Positions 25,576 through 32,992 of a stretch of DNA of 64,000 bases are shown piece by piece (within the stretch, counting starts at the first letter, position 1; the number at the start of each line of letters is the position of its first letter). Made by a program: the position numbers and the translations under genes. Origin of the DNA: an uncultured Solirubrobacterales bacterium (GTDB lineage Bacteria; Actinomycetota; Thermoleophilia; Solirubrobacterales; 70-9); assembly GCA_963716245.1 (NCBI GenBank), contig OY970300.1:913152-977151 (forward strand). Direction: 5' to 3'. Below the pieces are notes generated by a model. The model ran no database searches, was not told where the DNA came from, and saw nothing but the letters and a program-made list of their open reading frames with translations.

Positions 25576-26457
25576 ATGCTCTGCGGCGCCATCGACATCG
25601 GGTCCAACACCACGCGGCTGCTCGTCGCGGAGCCGGTCGACGGGCAGCTGAAGAAGGCGATGGAGCAGCGGGCCTACACGCGGATCAACCGGGCGCTGGG
25701 CGAAGACCGCGAGCTGCCGCCGGAGAAGATCGACGAGGTGGCCGAGGTGGTGCGCACGCAGGTCCGGCTCGCCCGCGAGCTGGGCGCTGAGACGATCCGC
25801 GCGGTTGCCACCGCCGCGATCCGCGACGCCGCCAACGGCGAGGACGCGGCCCGGCAGATCGGCGAGCGGGCCGGCGTTCCGATCGAGATCCTCAGCGAGG
25901 CGGAGGAGGGCAGGCTCTCCTTCATCGGCGCCACGAAGGGGCTCGGTCACCCGGCCGAGGGCAAGATCGGCGTCGTCGACGTCGGCGGCGGCTCGTCGGA
26001 GGTGATCCTCGGAACGGTGCCCGGCGGGGTCGAGTCGGTCCGCTCGTGGCGGGTCGGCTCGGGCGCGCTCGCCGACGAGCTGGTCGCCTCGGACCCGCCC
26101 TCGCCGGCGGAGATCCGCCGCGTGCGGGAGCGGATCGACGACATCTTCGCGGGGGTCGAGATCGAGCGACCCGCTCAGGCCGTCGCGGTGGGCGGCAGCG
26201 CCACGTCCCTGCGCCGGTTGGTCGGCACGGTGCTCGAGTACGAGACGCTGGAGCGGGGGATACGTGTGCTCGCCGGCGAGCCCGCCGCCGAGGTGGCGAG
26301 GCGCTTCGAGCTCGACCCCGAACGGGTGCGGATCCTCGCCACCGGCGTGCTGGTGCTCGAGAAGCTGTCGGAGCTGCTCGGCCAGCCCCTTCAGATCGGC
26401 AAGGGCGGCCTGCGCGAGGGCGTGGTCCTCGACCTGCTCAACGTCGCGCTTCGCTGA
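25576..26457 (+). CDS. ppx: Ppx/GppA family phosphatase (exopolyphosphatase, N-terminal two-domain type)
   Basis: ASKHA-fold motifs (AIDIGSNTTRLLVAE, DVGGGSSEV). Confidence 0.88.
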   Translation: MLCGAIDIGSNTTRLLVAEPVDGQLKKAMEQRAYTRINRALGEDRELPPEKIDEVAEVVRTQVRLARELGAETIRAVATAAIRDAANGEDAARQIGERAGVPIEILSEAEEGRLSFIGATKGLGHPAEGKIGVVDVGGGSSEVILGTVPGGVESVRSWRVGSGALADELVASDPPSPAEIRRVRERIDDIFAGVEIERPAQAVAVGGSATSLRRLVGTVLEYETLERGIRVLAGEPAAEVARRFELDPERVRILATGVLVLEKLSELLGQPLQIGKGGLREGVVLDLLNVALR

Positions 26458-26491
26458 TCCCCTCGTAACGGGATTTTCACCGGGAGGGCAG

Positions 26492-28597
26492 GTGGAGCGG
26501 CAGTACGATGGCTCGATCGACGATCCGGCGCTCTACTTCAACCGCGAGCTGTCCTGGTTGGACTTCAACCAGCGGGTGCTGGAGCTGGCCGAGGACGAGG
26601 ACGTGCCGCTGCTCGAGCGGGTCAGGTTCTGCTCGATCTACGCCTCCAACCTCGACGAGTTCTTCATGGTCCGGGTCGCGGGGCTGCTCGACCAGCTCGA
26701 CGCGGGGATCGACGCGCGCGGCCGCGACGGCCTCACTCCGGCCGAGCAGGTCGACGCGATCCAGGCGCGCGTGCTCGAGCTCGACGGCCGGCTGCACGGC
26801 TGCTTCAACGGGACGCTGCGACCGCGGCTCGAGCAGGAGGGGATCCGCATCGTCTCGCTCGCCACGGCAAGCGAGGCCGAGCGGCGTGAAATCGACACGC
26901 GCTTCCACGAGCAGGTCTTCCCGGCGCTGACGCCGCTTGTGGTCGGGCTGGGCAGGCCCTTCCCGTACATCTCGAACCTCTCGCTCAGCCTCGGCGTGCT
27001 GCTCCGCGATCCCGACAACGAGACCGAGATCATCGCCCGCGTCAAGGTGCCGAAGGAGCTGCTCGGGCGCTTCCTGCGGGTCGGCGAGCGCAACGACGTA
27101 TACGTCCCGCTCGAGGAGGCGATCGCGGCCAACCTCGACACGCTCTTCCCGGGCACCGAGGTGGTCGACCACGGCTACTTCCGGGTGACGCGCGACGCCG
27201 ACTTCACCGTCAGCGACGAGGCCGACGACCTACTGCGGGCCGTGCAGGACGAGCTGCGCCGCCGCCGCTTCGGCGAGGTCGTCAGGCTCGAGGTGGCGGC
27301 GGGGATGAACCCGAAGCTGCGCGGCCAGCTGGTCGAGGCGCTGCGCCTCGAAGACCGCGAGGTCTACGACGTCGACGGGCTGATCGACCTCGCCGACCTG
27401 ACCCGCATCGTCGACATCCCGGGCCACGCCGAGCTGCGCTTCGCGCCGTGGGCCCCGGTCACGCAGCCGCACCTGCAGGGGGAGGACGGCGACCCGGCCG
27501 ACATGTTCGCCGCGATCCGGCGGGGCGACATCCTCGTCCACCATCCCTACGACTCGTTCTCCTCGTCGGTCGAGCGCTTCGTCGAGCAGGCGGTCGCCGA
27601 CCCTGACGTGCTGGCGATCAAGCAGACCGTCTACCGGACGAGCGACGACTCGCCGCTCGTGCCAGCGCTGATCCGCGCCTCCGAACGCGGCAAGCAGGCC
27701 GTCGCCATGGTCGAGCTGAAAGCGCGCTTCGACGAGGAGGCGAACATCCACTGGGCGAAGTCCCTGGAGGAGGCGGGGGTGCACGTCGTCTACGGCATCC
27801 CGGGCCTGAAGACGCACGTCAAGGCGATCCTCGTCGCCCGTCGCGAGGACAACCGGGTGCGCGAGTACGTCCACATCGGCACCGGCAACTACAACCCGAC
27901 CACCGCCCGCCTCTACACCGACCTCGGCATCTTCACGGCCGACCCGGAGATCGGCGCCGACGTCGCCGAGATGTTCAACTTCCTGACCGGCTACGGGCGC
28001 CCGGCCGAGTACCGCAAGGTGCTGGTCTCGCCGACCACGATGCGCGAGCGCATCGTCGCGGAGATCGAGGCCACGGCCGAGGCGCGGCGCGCGGGGGAAG
28101 AGGCCTGGATCGGGCTGAAGATGAACGCGCTCGTCGACACCCGCTGCATCCAGGCGCTCTACGAGGCCTCCCGGGCCGGGGTCGAGATCGACCTCAACGT
28201 GCGCGGCATCTGCTGCCTGAGGCCGGGGGTGCCCGGCCTCTCCGAGAACATCCGCGTCGTCTCGATCGTCGGTCGCTTCCTCGAGCACTCGCGGATCTAC
28301 GCCTTCCGTCGCGGCGAGGAGACCCGGGTCCTGACCGGCTCGGCCGACCTGATGCCGCGCAACCTCGACAGCCGGGTCGAGCTGGTGGCCCCGGTCGAGG
28401 ATCCGGCGCTGCGCGCGGAGCTGCTCGACGTGCTGGAGCGCTGCCTGGCCGACGACTCGAACGCCTGGGAGCTCGACGCCGAGGGTGTGTGGCGTCGCCG
28501 CGAGGCGGCCGACGAGGAGCGACGCAGCGTCCAGGCAGAGCTGCGCAAGCGCCACGCCGCTCGGGCGGGCGAGCAGCTCGCGGCCGCGCCTGCCTGA
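26492..28597 (+). CDS. ppk: Polyphosphate kinase 1
   Basis: PPK1 N-terminus (YFNRELSWLDFNQRVLELAED) and two PLD-like C-terminal domains (KTHVKAILV; VGRFLEHSRIY). GTG 26492 is preceded by GGGAGGG. Confidence 0.95.
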   Translation: MERQYDGSIDDPALYFNRELSWLDFNQRVLELAEDEDVPLLERVRFCSIYASNLDEFFMVRVAGLLDQLDAGIDARGRDGLTPAEQVDAIQARVLELDGRLHGCFNGTLRPRLEQEGIRIVSLATASEAERREIDTRFHEQVFPALTPLVVGLGRPFPYISNLSLSLGVLLRDPDNETEIIARVKVPKELLGRFLRVGERNDVYVPLEEAIAANLDTLFPGTEVVDHGYFRVTRDADFTVSDEADDLLRAVQDELRRRRFGEVVRLEVAAGMNPKLRGQLVEALRLEDREVYDVDGLIDLADLTRIVDIPGHAELRFAPWAPVTQPHLQGEDGDPADMFAAIRRGDILVHHPYDSFSSSVERFVEQAVADPDVLAIKQTVYRTSDDSPLVPALIRASERGKQAVAMVELKARFDEEANIHWAKSLEEAGVHVVYGIPGLKTHVKAILVARREDNRVREYVHIGTGNYNPTTARLYTDLGIFTADPEIGADVAEMFNFLTGYGRPAEYRKVLVSPTTMRERIVAEIEATAEARRAGEEAWIGLKMNALVDTRCIQALYEASRAGVEIDLNVRGICCLRPGVPGLSENIRVVSIVGRFLEHSRIYAFRRGEETRVLTGSADLMPRNLDSRVELVAPVEDPALRAELLDVLERCLADDSNAWELDAEGVWRRREAADEERRSVQAELRKRHAARAGEQLAAAPA

Positions 28598-28635
28598 GGC
28601 GGCGAGCGGCCGAACCGCGCAATAGGATTCGGCCG

Positions 28636-29253
28636 ATGCGCCTCTCGCTCCTGCCGCGCGACCGCACCTTCTTCGACCTCTTCATCGAGGCCGGTCAGAA
28701 CAGCCTCCGGGCGGCGCGGCTGCTCGACGAGATGATGGGCAGCTGGCCGGACTCCCGCGACCTCAACAGGGAGATCCTCAAGGCCGAGCAGGAGGGCGAC
28801 CGGATCACCCACGACATCGTCCGGCGCCTCAACTCGACCTTCGTCACGCCGATCGACCGCGAGGACATCTACGCGCTCGCGACGCAGATGGATGACATCG
28901 TCGACTACACCGAGGAGGCCGCCGACTTCCTCGGCCTCTACCGGATCGAGGCGCCGATGGAGCAGGCGCAGGCGCTGACCGGCGTGCTGGTCGCCGCCTG
29001 CGAGCAGCTCGCCGAGGCACTCGAGCACCTGCGTGAGTTCAAGGGCCTGGAGCACTACTGGATCGAGATCCACCGGCTCGAGAACGACGGCGACCGGATC
29101 TCCCGCGATGCGGTCGCCTCGCTGTTCTCGAACGGCATCGACCCGATGGTCGTGATCCGCTGGAAGGACATGTTCGCGGTGCTCGAGAACGCGATCGACG
29201 CCACGGAGACGGCCGCGCAGATCATCGAGGGCATAGTCATAAAGAACTCCTAG
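28636..29253 (+). CDS. DUF47 family (PhoU-like) phosphate transport regulator
   Basis: LLPRDRTFFDLF...EQEGDRITHDIVRRLNSTFVTPIDREDI...LENDGDRISR. It sits in the usual position in front of a PiT transporter. Confidence 0.85.
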   Translation: MRLSLLPRDRTFFDLFIEAGQNSLRAARLLDEMMGSWPDSRDLNREILKAEQEGDRITHDIVRRLNSTFVTPIDREDIYALATQMDDIVDYTEEAADFLGLYRIEAPMEQAQALTGVLVAACEQLAEALEHLREFKGLEHYWIEIHRLENDGDRISRDAVASLFSNGIDPMVVIRWKDMFAVLENAIDATETAAQIIEGIVIKNS

Positions 29254-29263
29254 CGCGGCCCTC

Positions 29264-30361
29264 TTGGACTCCGACATCATCCTCGTCATCGTCGTCGGCA
29301 CCGCGCTGGCGTTCGACTTCACCAACGGCTTCCACGACACGGCGAACGTGGTCGCGACCTCGATCTCGACCCGGGCGGCGCGGCCGCAGGTCGCCGTCGC
29401 CTTCGCGGCGCTGCTCAACTTCGCCGGCGCGTTCATCTCGATCTCGGTGGCGGCGACGGTCGCCAAAGACGTCGTCGATGCGGGGGCGATCACGCCGACC
29501 GTCGTCTTCGCCGGCCTGATCGGGGCGATCGCCTGGAACCTGATCACCTGGTACTTCGGGCTGCCCTCCAGCTCGTCGCACGCCCTGATCGGCGGCGTCG
29601 TCGGATCGGCCGTCGTCGCCTCCGGCTTCGAAGCCGTGCTCGCCGACGGCGTGATCGGCAAGGTCCTGATCCCGGCGGTGATCGCCCCGCTGCTGGCCTT
29701 CAGCGTCGCCGGCATCGGGATCGGCCTCGCCTACCGGCTGGTGGGCCGGCAGCGGCCGGGGACGGTGACGAGGGGGTTCCGCTACGGCCAGATCGTCTCG
29801 GGCGGGCTGCTCGCGCTGGCGCACGGGACCAACGACGCGCAGAAGACGATGGGGATCATCACGCTCGCCCTGATCGCCAACGGCACGCTCGCCGCCGGCT
29901 CCGATCCGCCGTTCTGGGTGATCGCCTCCGCGGCGGCGGCGATCGCCCTCGGCACCTACAGCGGCGGCTGGCGGATCATCCGCACGACCGGCTCGCGGAT
30001 CATCAAAATGGACGCCGCCCAGGGCTTCTCTGCTCAGGGGGCGGGCGCCGCCGTGATCCTCGCCTCGACTCACTTCGGCTTCCCGCTCTCGACCACCCAC
30101 GTGATCAACGGCGGCGTGATGGGCGCCGGCGCCGGGAAACGGCTGTCGGCGGTCCGCTGGGGTGTTGCCGGCAACATCTTCGTGGCCTGGCTCCTCACCC
30201 TGCCGGCGGCCGCAGCGATCGGCGCCGCGACCTACGGGGTGACGCGCGCATTCGGCACTGGCGCGGTCGGCCCGATCGTCGTCACCGTCGTGGCGCTGAG
30301 CCTGATCGCCGTCGCCTTCGCCCGCCGCTCGCGGCAGGGGTCGCCCCTCCCGGTGAGCTGA
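29264..30361 (+). CDS. pit: Inorganic phosphate transporter, PiT family
   Basis: PiT signature repeated (FDFTNGFHDTANVVATSI and AHGTNDAQKTMGII), polytopic. Confidence 0.95.
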   Translation: MDSDIILVIVVGTALAFDFTNGFHDTANVVATSISTRAARPQVAVAFAALLNFAGAFISISVAATVAKDVVDAGAITPTVVFAGLIGAIAWNLITWYFGLPSSSSHALIGGVVGSAVVASGFEAVLADGVIGKVLIPAVIAPLLAFSVAGIGIGLAYRLVGRQRPGTVTRGFRYGQIVSGGLLALAHGTNDAQKTMGIITLALIANGTLAAGSDPPFWVIASAAAAIALGTYSGGWRIIRTTGSRIIKMDAAQGFSAQGAGAAVILASTHFGFPLSTTHVINGGVMGAGAGKRLSAVRWGVAGNIFVAWLLTLPAAAAIGAATYGVTRAFGTGAVGPIVVTVVALSLIAVAFARRSRQGSPLPVS

Positions 30362-30600
30362 TGCTGGCCGTCGTCGTCCACACCGAGGATCTGCTCAAGA
30401 CGATCGCCGCGTCGGTCGTGGCGGGCGTCGGGATCACCGTCGTCTTCTCGATCGCGATCTGGGGCGCCGCCCGCTTCGTCGACCTGAGCAGCAACGAACG
30501 GCCGGTCGCGGCCGGCGCGGCTGCGGCGGTCGGGATCGTCGCCCTCGTCGCGACCCTGGCCGCGGTGGCGGTCGGCCTCTTCGTGATGCTTGGCGATTAG
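30361..30600 (+). CDS. Hypothetical small membrane protein
   Basis: The ATG overlaps the pit TGA. Two hydrophobic helices. No family recognised. Confidence 0.5.
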   Translation: MLAVVVHTEDLLKTIAASVVAGVGITVVFSIAIWGAARFVDLSSNERPVAAGAAAAVGIVALVATLAAVAVGLFVMLGD

Positions 30601-30979
30601 CGGGCGGCGCGGTCGTAAGATCCGCTCTGTGCGCACCCTGCGGAACGTCGCGATCGTCATGCTGCTCGCCCTCGCGGTCGCCTTCGTGCCCGGTGGGGGC
30701 AACGCCGCCGAAACGGTGCTCACCGCGATCACGATGGCGTTCCTGGCGGCGATCGCCTGGACGGTCTTCGTGCTGAGCCGCCAGAACCAGCTCACCCTGG
30801 CGGCGCTGAACGACCGCCGCCGCGCGCTGCTCTACGGCGCGCTCGGCCTGATCGCGCTGCTGATCGCCGGCAGCGACGAGCTTTTCTCGAGCGGGGGCGG
30901 CACGCTGCTGTGGATCGTCCTGGTCGGGGCCTCCATCGCGGCGATCTGGCGGGTCTGGGTCGACGCCGGCACTTACTGA
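30590..30979 (+). CDS. Hypothetical membrane protein (about four TM helices)
   Basis: Hydrophobic, high GC3. The start is uncertain (TTG 30590 or GTG 30629). Confidence 0.5.
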   Translation: MAISGRRGRKIRSVRTLRNVAIVMLLALAVAFVPGGGNAAETVLTAITMAFLAAIAWTVFVLSRQNQLTLAALNDRRRALLYGALGLIALLIAGSDELFSSGGGTLLWIVLVGASIAAIWRVWVDAGTY

Positions 30980-31003
30980 ATAGGCACAAAGCCGCCGCTG
31001 AAT

Positions 31004-31045
31004 TGTTCGTTTGAGCGCGCCACGCGTGCGGTGAGGCCTGGGACG
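31004..31045 (+). repeat. Leader element copy A (upstream of the first TadE-like gene)
   Basis: tgTTCGtTTGAGCGCgCCACGCGTGCGgTG... matches copy B at 26 of the first 30 positions, ungapped. Confidence 0.6.
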
Positions 31046-31050
31046 CTCGC

Positions 31051-31401
31051 TTGGTGTCGCGCCAGGTCGCCAGCAGCTCTCGCAGGGAGGGCGGAACCGC
31101 GTCGGTCGAGCTGATCGCCGTGGTCCCGTTCCTGCTGCTGGCGGTCCTGGTCGCGGCACAGCTCGGGCTCGCCGGCCACGCCCTGTGGTCGGCCGGCATC
31201 GCCGCCCGCGCCGGTGCCCGGGCGGCGCTGGTCGGCGGGGAGGCCGAGGTCGCAGCGCGCCGGGCGCTGCCGCCGTCGCTGCGCGTCGGCGCGGAGGTGA
31301 ACGAGGCGGGGGAGGTCTCGGTCCGCGTCGCAGTTCCGCGCCTGCTGCCGATCCCTCGGCTCCGCGTAGGAGCGCAGACCCGCCTGGATGGCGATGGCTA
31401 G
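31051..31401 (+). CDS. TadE-like pseudopilin
   Basis: N-terminal GGTASVELIAVVPFLLLAVLVAAQL, typical of TadE/TadF-type proteins. Confidence 0.65.
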   Translation: MVSRQVASSSRREGGTASVELIAVVPFLLLAVLVAAQLGLAGHALWSAGIAARAGARAALVGGEAEVAARRALPPSLRVGAEVNEAGEVSVRVAVPRLLPIPRLRVGAQTRLDGDG

Positions 31402-31723
31402 GCAGCGCGGACAGGCGACGGTCGAGCTGGTCGCGGCACTGCCTGCGGTGCTGCTCGCCGGGCTGATCGCACTCCAGCTGCTCGCCGTCGGTCATGCGCT
31501 CACGCTCGCCGACGGAGCCGCCGAGGCGGGTGCGCTCGCGCTCGCGGCGGGTCGGCCGGCGGCCGAGGCGGCCCGTGGGGCGCTGCCCGCCTGGGCGGAG
31601 GACCAGGTCGAGGTGGCGGTAGCGGGTCGACGCGTGACCGTCAGCCTGCGCCCGCCCTCACCCTTTCCCACGATCGGAGACCGACTCAGCGTCAGCTCGA
31701 CCGCCGCCGCGAGGCCGCGATGA
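31388..31723 (+). CDS. TadE-like pseudopilin
   Basis: RGQATVELVAALPAVLLAGLIALQLL; overlaps the upstream gene by 14 nt. Confidence 0.65.
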   Translation: MAMARQRGQATVELVAALPAVLLAGLIALQLLAVGHALTLADGAAEAGALALAAGRPAAEAARGALPAWAEDQVEVAVAGRRVTVSLRPPSPFPTIGDRLSVSSTAAARPR

Positions 31724-32439
31724 GGGCAGACGCGACGTCGGTCGTTCTGGCGACCGCGGTCGGCGCGGCGACCGGTTCGAGGGCGGCCGCGGCCGCCCTC
31801 GCCTGCGCCGGCTCGGAGTCGGATCGGGCCGCGCTCCTGGTCGACCTTGGCTCCGCCGACCGCCGCCCGCGCTCCACCCTGGTCGCGACGACCGGTGCCC
31901 GCGCGCTCGAGGAGCGCCTCGTCGCGCACATGCCGGATGCCCGGGTCGCCTCGCGGGGGCGACTCTGCGAGCTCGCCCTACCGGCGGATCCGGCCGGCGT
32001 CGCCCGCATCGCGGAGGCCCTGCCGCTCGCCCGCGAGTCGCTTGCCGTCATCTACCTGCCGCCGGGGCTGCTCCATGCGGCCCTGGACGACGCGCGCGTT
32101 CGCCCGTCGGCGGCGCTCCTGCGCGCCGACCTGGTCGAGGATCGCGCGCTCGCGGCGCTGGTCGCCGGCGATCTCATCGCCGGCGGCGTGCGGGTCGCCG
32201 TCCTCAAGTGCCCGCTGGGCTGGCTCGCCGCCCGCGCCGCCCTGCTGGGCGCGTTGCCTCACACCGGGCAGGCGCTCCCGAATCGCCTGCGCGACCGACT
32301 TCTCGACACCGCAGACAACGCATTTCACCGCTGCTACGATCGAAGGGATGGGCTGGAAAGTGACGGACAAGAGGCTTCAGAGGCCGAGCCACAGGGATCC
32401 GGAGTTCGAGCGGGCACTCCGCAGGGCGCTCAGCGATGA
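31720..32439 (+). CDS. Hypothetical protein, possibly a degenerate CpaE/ParA-like P-loop fold lacking Walker A
   Basis: ATGA overlap with the upstream gene. VVLATAVGAATGSRAAAAALACAGS..ALLVDLG occupies the place of the KGGxGKT...LLVDLD pattern. The last ~30 codons have low GC3 and overlap the next ORF. Confidence 0.45.
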   Translation: MRADATSVVLATAVGAATGSRAAAAALACAGSESDRAALLVDLGSADRRPRSTLVATTGARALEERLVAHMPDARVASRGRLCELALPADPAGVARIAEALPLARESLAVIYLPPGLLHAALDDARVRPSAALLRADLVEDRALAALVAGDLIAGGVRVAVLKCPLGWLAARAALLGALPHTGQALPNRLRDRLLDTADNAFHRCYDRRDGLESDGQEASEAEPQGSGVRAGTPQGAQR

Positions 32440-32569
32440 CGCGGGCAAGGAATACGAGCGTCTCCGGACGGCGCTCGATGCCGTCGCCGATCCCACGCCA
32501 TGGGGCTGGAACGACTGGCAGACCTGGCTTGATCGACACGTCCGTCGCGGCCGACCCGGGGACCGCTGA
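32348..32569 (+). CDS. Putative antitoxin partner of the downstream PIN protein (no family recognised)
   Basis: 73-aa ORF with codon-position GC pattern typical of coding (GC3 about 76%, GC2 about 52% by hand over 32435-32533). It overlaps both neighbours. Confidence 0.35.
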   Translation: MGWKVTDKRLQRPSHRDPEFERALRRALSDDAGKEYERLRTALDAVADPTPWGWNDWQTWLDRHVRRGRPGDR

Positions 32570-32930
32570 GCTCGCCGGCGCTGCGATCCGTCCCGCGGTT
32601 TCCACGTTGACGATCGCGGAGCTCGCCGGAGGCCCAGCCGCCGCCGAACACGATTTCGAGCGTGCGCGGCGCGAACAGCGTCTGCGCCAGGTGGAATCCG
32701 GTGTCACCGTGCTCCCGTTCAACCTCGGGTGCGCTCACGCTTACGCCTCGGTCCATGAGGTAGTCAGCCGGCTCGGGCGCAAGCCGCGTGGTTCTCGGGC
32801 CGTCGATCTGATGATCGCCGCCACCGCCCTCGCTCACGAGCTGCCGCTCTACACGCTGAACGCGAGGGACCTGCGCGGCCTGGAGAGCCTGATCGAGATC
32901 GTCGATCTCGGTTCGAAAGTCGTCACATAG
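32529..32930 (+). CDS. PIN-domain toxin (VapC family)
   Basis: LIDTSV..., TIAELAGG, DLMIAATALAHELPLYTLNARD. The start is uncertain (TTG 32529, or ATG 32478/32436). Confidence 0.75.
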   Translation: MIDTSVAADPGTAELAGAAIRPAVSTLTIAELAGGPAAAEHDFERARREQRLRQVESGVTVLPFNLGCAHAYASVHEVVSRLGRKPRGSRAVDLMIAATALAHELPLYTLNARDLRGLESLIEIVDLGSKVVT

Positions 32931-32941
32931 AGGGCCCTCAG

Positions 32942-32983
32942 TTCTTCGATTGAGCGCACCACGCGTGCGCTGGGACCCGGCAG
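32942..32983 (+). repeat. Leader element copy B (upstream of the TadG-like hydrolase gene)
   Basis: tcTTCGaTTGAGCGCaCCACGCGTGCGcTG...; contains the 7-bp inverted repeat AGCGCAC-N5-GTGCGCT. Confidence 0.6.
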
Positions 32984-32992
32984 GGTCGTCGC

